Assembly (NCBI GenBank): GCA_021325135.1 | Contig: JAJPHT010000014.1 | Location: 32,001 to 96,000, forward strand | From: Pseudomonadota bacterium | Lineage (GTDB): Archaea > Thermoplasmatota > SW-10-69-26 > JACQPN01 > JAJPHT01 | Direction: 5' to 3' | Length of the DNA: 64,000 nucleotides | In this document: positions 35,532 to 44,846 of the stretch, piece after piece | Numbering within the stretch: position 1 is the first letter of the stretch | How the letters are laid out: each line of letters opens with the position of its first letter | Notes under the pieces: model-generated | What the model saw: the letters and a program-made list of their open reading frames with translations, nothing else | Database searches by the model: none | Told to the model about the DNA's origin: nothing | Made by a program: the position numbers and the translations under genes

Positions 35532-37004
35532 TCAACCAAGCGTGCGCGCGAACTCCACGAGCCCCGCCTTCGTCCCGCCCAGGTCCCGGCTCTTGGCGAA
35601 CGCCACGTTGAGGCGCCCGTCGGCGGAGAACGCCACCGAGAGGTAGTCAAGCTCCTCGCGGTCGCTCGCGCACGCCGCGCCCTTGGGGCACATGGGGCCG
35701 GTCTTCACGGGCTCCAGGCTCACCTTGTCGACGCCCCACGAGGCGTTGAGGGAGGGGCGGTGCGCGACGTAGGCGAACCACGGCGAGTCCTTGGGGGCCT
35801 TGGTGGGGTCGCCCGTGGCGATGCCTCCGTACCAGCCCACGGCGATCTCGCCGTCGCCCCGCGCCGCGACCCACGGGAGGAAGTTCAGCCCCTCGGAGCG
35901 CAGCGCGACGGGCGCGCTCCACGACTCGCCCAGGTCCGTGGACTCGCTCTCGAAGACGGTCATGGTGCGGTCCGTGCGCGCGGCCCACGCTACGGCGACC
36001 CGGCCCGTGGCGTCCACCGCGCCCTGCACGGCCCACAGGTTGTCGAACCCCTGCGGGACTTTGGCCACCGTGCGCGAGCGCCACGACGCGCCCCCATCGG
36101 TGGAGACCGCGAGCCGGACCTCGCTGGGGTTGTGCCAGTCGTCGGTGCCCTGCGTCCAGTCCACGAAGCCGTAGGGCATGACGTAGGTGCCGTTGCCCAC
36201 CCAGCGCGGGTGCGCGATCTGGTAGTCGCCGTTGCTGGCGGTGGGGACCACCGTCACGGGGTTGCCCCACGTCGCGCCGTGGTCCGTGGACCAGACCGAC
36301 TCGATGGACATGAGCGCGTCGGCGCGATAGCTGGGATCGCCCGCGCTGCGGATGGCGTTCTGGACGCCGTGGAAGTAGGCGTAGAAGAGGCCCACGGTGC
36401 CGTTGGGGCCCGCGACGAGCCACTGGCGGTCGACGCCGCCGAGGCTGTCAAGCGTCGTCACGGGCGCGCTGGTCCACGTCTGGCCGCCGTCGCCACTGGC
36501 CTCCACGAGGTAGCTCCCGTAGCGGTTGTTGGGCGAGAGGCCGTCCACGGCAGGGACGGGCGCCACGGCGGGCGAGCCCCAGTTCCACCAGTCGGTGGAG
36601 TAGACCCAGCCGTCAGGGGACGCGACGACATCCGCGTCGCTGCTGCCGAAGGGCCTCCGCGTGCCCTGCACGCTGCCCAGGGGCGTGTCGCGCTGCGGGC
36701 TGCGCAGCGTCTCCCACGAGGAGCCGTTGTCCTTGCTGCGCCAGAGCCACGCCGCGCCCTGCATCTCGTTGGGCCGCTCCTGGCTGCCCGCGACGGCGGT
36801 GATCCAGAGCGTGCCGTCCGCCGCGACCGCGACGTTGGGCTCCGCGCCGTTGGTGGGCTGGTCCATGGCCTTCGGGGGCGAGAAGACGAGGGGCGAGCCG
36901 TCGAGGCGCGCGACGCTGGCGGCCTTGAGGTCGCCGCCGCCCACGCTCGCGCAGCCGGGCGCCAGGATCGCGAGGGCCAGGACCAGGGCCAGCCGGGGGG
37001 ACAC
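35532..37004 (-). CDS. BNR/Asp-box (sialidase-like) beta-propeller lipoprotein
   Basis: Lipobox APGC; repeated S.D.G..W; DRQW. Confidence 0.85.
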   Translation of the reverse strand: MSPRLALVLALAILAPGCASVGGGDLKAASVARLDGSPLVFSPPKAMDQPTNGAEPNVAVAADGTLWITAVAGSQERPNEMQGAAWLWRSKDNGSSWETLRSPQRDTPLGSVQGTRRPFGSSDADVVASPDGWVYSTDWWNWGSPAVAPVPAVDGLSPNNRYGSYLVEASGDGGQTWTSAPVTTLDSLGGVDRQWLVAGPNGTVGLFYAYFHGVQNAIRSAGDPSYRADALMSIESVWSTDHGATWGNPVTVVPTASNGDYQIAHPRWVGNGTYVMPYGFVDWTQGTDDWHNPSEVRLAVSTDGGASWRSRTVAKVPQGFDNLWAVQGAVDATGRVAVAWAARTDRTMTVFESESTDLGESWSAPVALRSEGLNFLPWVAARGDGEIAVGWYGGIATGDPTKAPKDSPWFAYVAHRPSLNASWGVDKVSLEPVKTGPMCPKGAACASDREELDYLSVAFSADGRLNVAFAKSRDLGGTKAGLVEFARTLG

Positions 37005-37101
37005 GGGGCGCGAGTGGCCGGCCCGATTCAAAGGGTTTGTGCAGGCCCGCTTCATCAAGCGCGCCACAACGTTGATGGCGACCTTCCCTGGCTAACGGGG
37101 C

Positions 37102-38529
37102 ATGCTGTGGAGGCTCCTTGTCCCGCTCATGCTCGTCGCGGCCGCCCTGGCCGGATGCGCGACCTCTCCCGACACGCCCGCCGCCGTGGCGCCCGCCTCG
37201 GCCAAGACCAACCTCACGCGCCCGGACGTGCAGCTTCCCAAGTTCCTCCCGCCCGTCGACATGGGCACCGTGACGCTGGGCAGCGAGCCCTCCGTCGCCG
37301 TGGCGCCTGACGGCACGGTCTACGTCGCCTCCCCCAGCGTGGGCGCGTGGCGCTCCGACGACCAGGGCAAGACGTTCAAGCCCCTGGGCAAGTCCGCGTG
37401 CGGCTTCGGCCTCCCCGCGTGCCCCGTGACCCAGGAGAACGACGGCAACGGCCTGGACGACCCGGGCGACGCGAGCCTCGCCGTCGCGCCCAACGGCACC
37501 GTGTGGAGCGCGGGCCTCTCCGGCGTCGCGGGCAGCGTCCCCGTGCAGTCCTCCAGCGACAAGGGGCAGACGTGGCCCAAGGGGTACGACGTCGCCAAGA
37601 AGAACAGCAGCGACCGCGAGTGGATCGTCGCCAACTCCACGGGGAGCGTCTTCGTCTCGTGGCGCGACTTCGGCAGCAGCAAGGACCAGACGTGCACCGA
37701 CCCCGTGGGCATCTCGTGCAGCTCGCTTCCCTCGGGCGTCTTCATGGCGCGCCTCGACCCGGGCCAGCCCTGGAGCGAGCCCCTCAAGGTCAGCGACGAC
37801 GGCCACGAGGGCCCCATCGCGGCCGACCCCGCCAGCTCGTGGCTCTACCTGCCCCACGCCATGGGCGAGAAGAGCGTCTTCATGGCGCGCTCCCCCGACG
37901 GCGGCCGCACCTGGCAGGACGTCACCGTGGCGCCCCTCGTCATGGACACCTACGACTTCCCCATCGCGGCCGTCGACGCCGCAGGCACCGTGTACCTCGT
38001 CTGGAACACCGACGAGAGCGAGCCCAACGACATGAACGGCGGCCTCGTGGCCAACGAGGCGGCGATCCCCACCGTGCACCTCTCCGTGAGCAAGGACCAC
38101 GGCGCGACGTGGAGCAAGCCCGTCGTCATCTCCCCCGCCGGCGTCCCCGCCCTCTTCCCGTGGGCCGCGGCCGGCAGCGACGGGCGCCTCGTCGTCGCGT
38201 GGTACGAGGGCACGACGCCCACGCCCGGCGACCGCCTGCCCAACGTGTGGCACGTCGCCGTCGCCATGAGCACCACCGCGGACGCCGAGAAGCCCACGTT
38301 CAAGGAGGCCTTCGTCACCGCCGCGCCCAACCACGTCGGCGCCATCTGCACCGAGGGTGGATTCTGCACGCTCAGCGGCAACGACCGCAGCCTGCTGGAC
38401 TTCTTCGAGATCCGCCTCCTCCCCGACGGCAGCCCCGTGCTGGCCTTCGTGGGCGACGCGGACGTCCGCATGGCGACGGTCCACGTCTACGCCAGCCGCA
38501 TGACGGAAGGCACGAGCATGCTGGGCTAG
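37102..38529 (+). CDS. BNR/Asp-box (sialidase-like) beta-propeller lipoprotein
   Basis: Lipobox LAGC; S.D.G.TW repeats; DREW. Confidence 0.85.
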   Translation: MLWRLLVPLMLVAAALAGCATSPDTPAAVAPASAKTNLTRPDVQLPKFLPPVDMGTVTLGSEPSVAVAPDGTVYVASPSVGAWRSDDQGKTFKPLGKSACGFGLPACPVTQENDGNGLDDPGDASLAVAPNGTVWSAGLSGVAGSVPVQSSSDKGQTWPKGYDVAKKNSSDREWIVANSTGSVFVSWRDFGSSKDQTCTDPVGISCSSLPSGVFMARLDPGQPWSEPLKVSDDGHEGPIAADPASSWLYLPHAMGEKSVFMARSPDGGRTWQDVTVAPLVMDTYDFPIAAVDAAGTVYLVWNTDESEPNDMNGGLVANEAAIPTVHLSVSKDHGATWSKPVVISPAGVPALFPWAAAGSDGRLVVAWYEGTTPTPGDRLPNVWHVAVAMSTTADAEKPTFKEAFVTAAPNHVGAICTEGGFCTLSGNDRSLLDFFEIRLLPDGSPVLAFVGDADVRMATVHVYASRMTEGTSMLG

Positions 38530-38585
38530 CAGCGTGGGGTGATTCCCGGAGAAGGGCTTTGTCCTCCTCCGGGCTCTCCTCCTCC

Positions 38586-39101
38586 GTGGCGGGTCCCGAC
38601 TCCGCGGCCCTCGACCTCGTGCTCACGGAGTGGCGGCGCTATCTCGAGGCGACCGCCGCGCTCCTGCGCGACCTCGACGGCAAGGCGCTGGAGATCGTCA
38701 AGCTCGACGGCGTGATCCTGGGCCTCGCGGCCGCCGCGGGCGGGCTCCTCGCCCGGAGCGCCCCCGGGCCGCGGCTGGGCGCCATGGCGCGCCTGGGCGC
38801 GGCCGTGGGCGTCGCCGGGCTGGCGCTGCTTGCAGGCTCGATCCTCGCCGCCGTCCTGGTGGTGGGCCGCCGGAACGCCGCGCTGGGCATCGGCGCGCCG
38901 CCCGGGCAGCTCGCGGAAGGGCTCTCCCGCGACGACGCCTGCCGCTACGCCATCGAGACGTATGCGAGCGCGACGGAGACGAACCGCGCGCTGGCCGACC
39001 GCAAGGGCAAGGCCGTGGACTGGGCCCTCGTGCTGCTGGCGCTCGGCGTGCTCCTGCTCGGCGTGGGAGGGTTGGTGCTTATATTGGAGGTGATGGAATG
39101 A
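38586..39101 (+). CDS. 3-TM membrane protein resembling Pycsar-effector/DUF5706-type proteins
   Basis: LDGKA + TM pair ... N......KGK + final TM; GTG start inferred. Confidence 0.5.
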   Translation: MAGPDSAALDLVLTEWRRYLEATAALLRDLDGKALEIVKLDGVILGLAAAAGGLLARSAPGPRLGAMARLGAAVGVAGLALLAGSILAAVLVVGRRNAALGIGAPPGQLAEGLSRDDACRYAIETYASATETNRALADRKGKAVDWALVLLALGVLLLGVGGLVLILEVME

Positions 39102-39214
39102 AAGGATGGATGGAGCGACTTCGGGCGAACCCATTCCGCGTCGCGACGGTCAAGCGAGGCATCGAGGACGACGCCCCCAAGCCGCACAAGGCGCCTGCGC
39201 CGCCGGAAGCTTGA
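39098..39214 (+). CDS. Putative 38-aa peptide
   Basis: GGAGGTGA SD at 39086-39093, ATGA overlap; MKGWMERLRANPFRVATVKRGIEDDAPKPHKAPAPPEA. Confidence 0.45.
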   Translation: MKGWMERLRANPFRVATVKRGIEDDAPKPHKAPAPPEA

Positions 39215-39240
39215 TGGAGGCCTGGGCCCGCTCGCGGCCC

Positions 39241-40668
39241 ATGCTTGGGCGGCTCCTCATTCCGATCCTTCTCGTCAGCGCCGTCGCCGCGGGCTGCATC
39301 CAGGCTGCCAACGTGTCGCCGGCGTCGACGGGCGCGGGGCTCGAAGGCACGGTCAGCGCGACGCGCCTGCCGCCGCCGGACAAGGACCTCTCGGGCGCCA
39401 TCGTGTCGGACCACGGCGCGCCGTACATGCACGCGATCCCCAACCTGCACACGGGGAGCTATCGCATGGACCTCGTGGGGTACAACCCGCTCCAGGACGA
39501 TCCGCTCACGGCGAACTCCGGCTACACGGCCATCACGGTCTTCCACCACGTCGCGTGCGTGTCGCACTTCGCGGGCACGGGCGGCTACGGCGGCGCGACG
39601 CTGGTCAACTTCAGCGACCCTGCGAAGCCCGTCGTCGTGAGCAGCATCCTCTCCACCGCCATCGGCTCGCGCTGCCAGTTCACCGAGGACGGCAAGTACC
39701 TCCTCCTCGCGGACTACGGCGGCCCCGCGCCGGGCACGCCGCTGCCCGACCCGCTGGCGGACGCGGCCTCCTACGGCGTCAGCGTCTACGACGTCTCCGA
39801 CCTGAAGAATCCCAAGTTCCTCTTCCACGACAGCCAGGGCCAGCAGCCCGGCGACGAGGCGGACGTCTCCTCCAGCGAGTACCACAACGTGGGGACCGCG
39901 CTGATCAACGGCACGAACTACGTCTTCCAGACGTACACCGGCAACATCCTCGCCCTGGCGGCGGACGGCAAGTCCATGAAGATCGTCGCCCACGTCGAGG
40001 CGACGGACCACGACGTGTGGGTCGGCCGGCACCCCATCACGGGGGAGTGGCTCCTCGTCTCCGGCAAGGGGCAGGGCACCGTGTTCTACGGCCTTGACGA
40101 CCCCACGCATCCGAAGCTCCTGGGCGTCTACGAGGGCAACGCGAGCTATCAGGGCTGGCACCGCCAGTGGCCCCTCATGGAGACCGTGGAGGGGCGCGCG
40201 CTCATGGTGGTCGCGGGCGAGGAGTGCGGCAACGGCAAGTCGCTGCCCTACACCGTCCTGGACTTCACGGACCCCACTGATATCAAAGTGCTGGGCCACT
40301 GGCAGATCCCGGGCAAGCCCGAGATCAAGGAGCCCGGGCAGCTTTGCAGCATGAACAGCCACGAGTTCAACACGTGGAACGGCTACGTCGCCACCGGCAA
40401 CTACCACGCGGGCGTCTGGGTCTTCGACGTGGGCACCCTGGCGCGCGCGGCGGACCCCGTGACCATCGGCTACTACGAGCCCCACGAGAACCCCCTGGAC
40501 CACGGCGCCACGCGCTACTCGCCCTTCGCGTGGAACCCGGACACGTGGGGCGCGTACTTCGACGACCGCGGCTACGTGCTCACGGCCGACTGGGCCACGG
40601 GCTTCTACGTGCTGAAGGTGCCCGGCCTCACGCAGGAGACGCCGGCGGCTCCGGCGTCGTCGGGCTGA
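39241..40668 (+). CDS. LVIVD-repeat beta-propeller lipoprotein
   Basis: Lipobox AAGC; GVSVYDVSD, YHAGVWVFDV, ADWATGFYVL. Confidence 0.85.
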   Translation: MLGRLLIPILLVSAVAAGCIQAANVSPASTGAGLEGTVSATRLPPPDKDLSGAIVSDHGAPYMHAIPNLHTGSYRMDLVGYNPLQDDPLTANSGYTAITVFHHVACVSHFAGTGGYGGATLVNFSDPAKPVVVSSILSTAIGSRCQFTEDGKYLLLADYGGPAPGTPLPDPLADAASYGVSVYDVSDLKNPKFLFHDSQGQQPGDEADVSSSEYHNVGTALINGTNYVFQTYTGNILALAADGKSMKIVAHVEATDHDVWVGRHPITGEWLLVSGKGQGTVFYGLDDPTHPKLLGVYEGNASYQGWHRQWPLMETVEGRALMVVAGEECGNGKSLPYTVLDFTDPTDIKVLGHWQIPGKPEIKEPGQLCSMNSHEFNTWNGYVATGNYHAGVWVFDVGTLARAADPVTIGYYEPHENPLDHGATRYSPFAWNPDTWGAYFDDRGYVLTADWATGFYVLKVPGLTQETPAAPASSG

Positions 40669-40843
40669 GGGACCTGCGCCACGCGGCGAGGTTCTGCGCG
40701 CCGAGCGCGCGAGCATGGGCCGGCCCGCCTTCACGCGCGGGAGGCCACGACAAGGACGAGCCCCAGGCCGAGCCCGCCCACGCGCCCAGCAGGGCGATCC
40801 GCGCGGGAGGGACGAAGAGCGACCGGGGCGAGGAGGCGCGCTC

Positions 40844-41026
40844 CTACGTGCACTCGGGGCCCAGGAGGTCGCGGAGGGTCGGGGGGAGCGGCGGCGGGGG
40901 CGGGCAGTCGCAGACGGTTCCGCTCTCGGTCTGGTGGCAGGGGGCGGCCGACGCGACGCCCACGGGCGAAGCGGGGGCGGCGCCGAGGAGCAGGACGGCG
41001 AGGGCGACGAGGAGCAGGGTTCGCAA
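40844..41026 (-). CDS. Small secreted Cys/Pro-rich peptide
   Basis: TTG start, signal peptide, 4 Cys; TTAT about 35 nt upstream. Confidence 0.5.
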   Translation of the reverse strand: MRTLLLVALAVLLLGAAPASPVGVASAAPCHQTESGTVCDCPPPPPLPPTLRDLLGPECT

Positions 41027-41101
41027 GCGGATCTCCGCCGCGGCACCTGGCGCGCGCAGGCATAAGCCTCGCGGAGGAGCACGGCGACGGGTGCCAGGCC
41101 G

Positions 41102-41671
41102 CTACCGCCTCGGGTTGGGCACGCTGGCCATCTGCGCCACGACGCCCGTGAGGTCGTGCGTCGTGCTGCGCGAGAGGTCCTCCGGGATGGGGTCGCCGAA
41201 GCGGCGCACGACGATGGAGGAGCGCGCCAGCATGAAGCGGCCCAGCTCGTCGGGGTAGCCCTCGTCGTAGACCACCTCCGCGATGCGCGCGGCCATGATC
41301 ATCTTGGCGCAGGTGACGCAGGGGAACGTCGTGGTGTAGAGCGTGGCGCCCGCGATGGCGACGCCGGTGGTGGCGGCCTGGATGATTGCGTTCTGCTCGG
41401 CGTGGAGGCCGGTGCAAAGCTCGTGGTGCGCGCCCGAGGGGACGTTGAGCATCTCGCGGATGCAGCCCATGGTGGCGCAGTGCTCGAACTCGGGCGGGTT
41501 GCCGTTGTAGCCGGTGGTGAGCACGCGCTTCTCCTTCACGAGCACGGCGCCCACGGCGCGGCGGTGGCAGGAGGAGCGGCGCGAGGCGAGGCGCGCCATG
41601 TCCATGAAGTACGTCTCCCAGTCGGGCCGCTGCGCGAGCATGTCCACCGGGGTCAGGCGCTTCTCCGCCAT
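41102..41671 (-). CDS. dCMP deaminase (ComEB-like)
   Basis: RPDWETYFM, RSSC.RR.VGAV, TGYNG, HAEQNA, PCVTC. Confidence 0.93.
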   Translation of the reverse strand: MAEKRLTPVDMLAQRPDWETYFMDMARLASRRSSCHRRAVGAVLVKEKRVLTTGYNGNPPEFEHCATMGCIREMLNVPSGAHHELCTGLHAEQNAIIQAATTGVAIAGATLYTTTFPCVTCAKMIMAARIAEVVYDEGYPDELGRFMLARSSIVVRRFGDPIPEDLSRSTTHDLTGVVAQMASVPNPRR

Positions 41672-41750
41672 GCCCTCCGATGCGCGGCGCCCCACGAAGG
41701 AGTTTTCACCTTGGGTTCCGCTGGAGAGGGGCCTCGGCTCTCTCCGCCCG

Positions 41751-41847
41751 GGGGCTCCGCCCCTTGAATCCCCGAATCTCCGAATCGCAGAATCTCAGGT
41801 GGAGATTCGGAGATTCTGAGATTCGGGGATTCAAGGGGCGGAGCCCC
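41751..41847. repeat. 46-bp inverted repeat containing GAATCNCN octamers (gene-free REPIN/MITE-like hairpin)
   Basis: Arms 41751-41796 and 41802-41847, 43/46 match, 5-nt loop. Confidence 0.9.
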
Positions 41848-41889
41848 AGGCAAAGAAGAGAGAGGAAAACCAGGTGCGCGGAGAGCGCC

Positions 41890-42483
41890 TCAGCCGGGCA
41901 CGTACTTGTTGAGCGCCGCCTTCACGTCGATGAGGGAAAGCTGCACGGCCTGGCACGCCTTGTAGCCGCAGCCGACGTAGGCGTCCAGCGCGGGGCCTTC
42001 GCCGTTGGCGGCGGCCAGGAGGGTCTTGCTGTTGTCGCTGGCGGTGAGGTTGCCCAGGTCGAGCTTGGCCGCGGCGACGGAGGCCTTGGCGGCGTCGACG
42101 CCCGCACGGTCGAGCTTCGCGGCCACGAGGTCGTTGTAGACCTTGGTGAGCGCGTCGTGCTGTGCGTTCATGTCCGCGATGGCCGGATCGACCGGGGCGG
42201 CGGAGCCCTTGTGGAGGAGGTGCGGCGCGCCGAAGGCGAGGCCCACGAGGACGACGACCAGCGCCACGCTCACGACGTTGTTGGGCAGGTCGAAGAGGAC
42301 CTGCTCGTACCCCTCCTCGGGGCGGTCCGCGCTCCAGAGGAAGAACGACCCCAGGAAGCCGACGGCCGCGAGGAGCGCGCCCGCGACGGCCCCGATCCAC
42401 CAGCGGACCCCGAAGAAGGCCAGGGCTCCCACGGCGAGGAGGCCCAGGAGGGCGCCGAGGGCCACGCGGACGAAGTAGCGCAC
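41890..42483 (-). CDS. Membrane protein (3 TM plus C-terminal helical domain)
   Basis: GTG at 42483 with TTCAAATA about 25 nt upstream. Confidence 0.65.
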   Translation of the reverse strand: MRYFVRVALGALLGLLAVGALAFFGVRWWIGAVAGALLAAVGFLGSFFLWSADRPEEGYEQVLFDLPNNVVSVALVVVLVGLAFGAPHLLHKGSAAPVDPAIADMNAQHDALTKVYNDLVAAKLDRAGVDAAKASVAAAKLDLGNLTASDNSKTLLAAANGEGPALDAYVGCGYKACQAVQLSLIDVKAALNKYVPG

Positions 42484-42616
42484 GCGCGGGGCTTCTCCCC
42501 CACGACCTATTTGAACCGAGGAGCGGCGTCCGGGACGCCCTTGCGACCTCATGCCCAAGGACCCCTCCACAACGCTTATCCGGCCACGTCTGGCCTGGCG
42601 GCCGAGGCTGCTCCCT

Positions 42617-43780
42617 TTGCGCGCCGCGCCCCTGCTCCTCGTCGCCGTCCTCCTCGCCGCCGGCTGCCTCGGCGGGTCCAAGGGTCCCGCGGCGCCCGAC
42701 GCGGTCAACTCCACCTCCGCAGGCAAGGGCAACCTCACCGCGGCGCCCGTGGACGACGGCAGCAAGGCCGCCGTCGCCGACACGGCCCACATGCCGCACA
42801 TGCACGACTACTGGAAGGGCAAGGAGCGCGTCACCATCTTCGACGGCGACCTCTCCCCCGACGCGGAGAACACCACCTTCGCCACCATCTTCCAGTTCCT
42901 CTCGGGCCAGCGCGTCGCGGCGGGCGGCATGCTCTGGAACCTCCCCGACGGCCAGATCGTCTACGAGGGCACGGGCAAGCTCCAGATGACCGCCTCGTGG
43001 TCCGACCCCCGCATCACGGGCATCGGCTACATCTACCGCAGCGCGGCGGGCCCCGACTGGAAGGACGGCGGCTCGCTGCCCAACGGCAAGGCGGCCGACC
43101 TCGTGGTGACGCCAGCCATGACCGACGCGCCCCACACCAAGGTCAGCCGGTGGCAGTTCGGCTTCGGCCCCGACCAGAGCCCCGGCGCGCTGGCGGGCCC
43201 CTTCCACCTGCGCGTCGACCTCGTGCGCATGAACGACATCATGCTCTTCCCCGCGCACCCGGACTTCTGGCGCGGCAACCACTCCCTCGTCCTCACCGAT
43301 GTCGACCACCACGGCCAGGTGGACAGCTACGTGAAGCGCGGGCCCCAGCTTGCGACCCAGGGCGGCCAGTTCACCGAGGACTACGTCTCCTTCCCGCGCC
43401 CCGTCCCCATGGAGACGCTGGGCGTCCGCTTCACCGTCACCATCAAGGACGCGACCTCGACGCCGGGCAAGGTGGACGCCTTCGGCTTCTTCTACCACGG
43501 CGCGGACACGACGACGCCGTACCGCTGCAACGTCCAGGCGCTCAACGCGACGCTCCCCGCCACCCTCACGTGGGACGTGCCCGCCAACGCCGACATGGCC
43601 GACAGCCCCTACCTGAACGCCTCCCAGTGGCAGTTCCTCGTGGAGCCGCAGGCCGTCGCCGCGGACGGCGCGCCCGAGATGGGCGGCATGACCGACGTGA
43701 GCTACGACTTCCACGTCACGGCCACGGCGTTCGACACGCCCTTCGAGAAGCCTGCGTCTTGCGCTCAGGACCAGGGCTGA
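42617..43780 (+). CDS. Lipoprotein of unknown function
   Basis: Lipobox AAGC; HMPHMHDYW motif; TTG start inferred. Confidence 0.75.
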   Translation: MRAAPLLLVAVLLAAGCLGGSKGPAAPDAVNSTSAGKGNLTAAPVDDGSKAAVADTAHMPHMHDYWKGKERVTIFDGDLSPDAENTTFATIFQFLSGQRVAAGGMLWNLPDGQIVYEGTGKLQMTASWSDPRITGIGYIYRSAAGPDWKDGGSLPNGKAADLVVTPAMTDAPHTKVSRWQFGFGPDQSPGALAGPFHLRVDLVRMNDIMLFPAHPDFWRGNHSLVLTDVDHHGQVDSYVKRGPQLATQGGQFTEDYVSFPRPVPMETLGVRFTVTIKDATSTPGKVDAFGFFYHGADTTTPYRCNVQALNATLPATLTWDVPANADMADSPYLNASQWQFLVEPQAVAADGAPEMGGMTDVSYDFHVTATAFDTPFEKPASCAQDQG

Positions 43781-43781
43781 G

Positions 43782-43788
43782 TTTTTTT
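43782..43788 (+). terminator. Oligo-T archaeal terminator
   Basis: TTTTTTT immediately after the stop at 43780. Confidence 0.5.
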
Positions 43789-43806
43789 CTCCTTGCTCAG
43801 GCTCCT

Positions 43807-43876
43807 CGATGCAACCCGAACCACCGAACCACGGTTTTCACTGTGGTCAGGTGGCTCGTTGGTTCGGGTTGCATCG
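43807..43876. repeat. Inverted repeat with CGAACCAC octamers
   Basis: Perfect 17-bp arms 43807-43823 and 43860-43876 plus imperfect inner pairing. Confidence 0.8.
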
Positions 43877-43898
43877 TGCAACTTGACCAGGAGGAATG

Positions 43899-44822
43899 CT
43901 ATCGCAGCAGCCGGCGCATCCGCGCCTCCCAGTCGGCCCATCGCGCGTGCTCCAGCGCCAGGGGACCGACGGCGGAGGGTGATAGCACGCCCGCGTCGGT
44001 GGCGAAGCCCTTGACCAAGGGCGCCTCGGTGCGGTCGAAGTAGATGTTGCGCACCTGGACACCGGGCGGAGCGTCGGGCCACACCTCGCCGGGCGCCTTC
44101 TCCTCCAGGGGGATGGACGCCACAGGGCTGATCTTGAAGCGGTCCGCCGCGGCATAGAGCGGCGTGCCGGCGCGCTCGCACGCCATGGCCAGGAGGCGCG
44201 TGCCCACCTTGTTGACCACCGCGCCGTCGGGCAGGATGGCGTCCGCGCCCACGAGGGCGACGTCGGCCTCGCGGGCGTGGAGGCCCAGCGCGGCGTCGAC
44301 GACGAGGAGCGTCTCCACGCCCTCCTCCGCGAGCGCGCGGGCCAATTCGCGCCCTTCGAAGCCGGGGCGGCCCTCGGCCACGACCACCCGTGATAGCGTT
44401 CCAGCGCGGCGCGCGGCGCGCAGCGCCTTGGTCACGGTCTCGCTGGCGGAGTGCGTGAGGACGGTGCCGCGCGCGAGGGCGGCCGCGGCGCGGGCGGCGC
44501 CGCCGCGCGCCTCCAGCGCCTGCGCGCGGGTCGCCGCGGTGGCGCGCTCCGCGCGGGGCACGGCCTCGGCGGCGCTCCCCGCGCCGGCCGCGTCGTGCAT
44601 GGCGAGGTTCACGAGGTTCGCGATGGCGGGCATGGAGGGGCGCGCGGCGCGCAGCGAGCGCGCGAGGTCCGTGAGGGAGCCGAGGCCCTCCTTGCTGCGC
44701 GGGGCCTCCGCTGCCGCGCGCTCCAGCAGCTCCAGCGCGTCGAGGGCGAGGAGCGAGGCGCCGCGCTCGCGGTCGGCCACGATGGACGCGAGGCCCGCGG
44801 TCCACGCCTGGGGGAGGGGCAC
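43899..44822 (-). CDS. eIF-2B alpha/beta/delta (IF-2B) family protein
   Basis: D...GAS, ARPSM, THSASETV, EGRPGFEG, VGADAI..DG.VVNKVGT, RNIYFD.T. Confidence 0.88.
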   Translation of the reverse strand: MPLPQAWTAGLASIVADRERGASLLALDALELLERAAAEAPRSKEGLGSLTDLARSLRAARPSMPAIANLVNLAMHDAAGAGSAAEAVPRAERATAATRAQALEARGGAARAAAALARGTVLTHSASETVTKALRAARRAGTLSRVVVAEGRPGFEGRELARALAEEGVETLLVVDAALGLHAREADVALVGADAILPDGAVVNKVGTRLLAMACERAGTPLYAAADRFKISPVASIPLEEKAPGEVWPDAPPGVQVRNIYFDRTEAPLVKGFATDAGVLSPSAVGPLALEHARWADWEARMRRLLR

Positions 44823-44846
44823 GATAGGCTCATGCGGGGGCCCCGC

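Noticed and set aside
38586-39101. Complete Pycsar/CBASS defence system
   Set aside because: No cyclase or nucleotidyltransferase adjacent; resemblance limited to the TM pattern
41751-41847. Possible CRISPR array or tRNA
   Set aside because: 8-nt units without spacers, inverted arrangement, no cloverleaf, no cas genes
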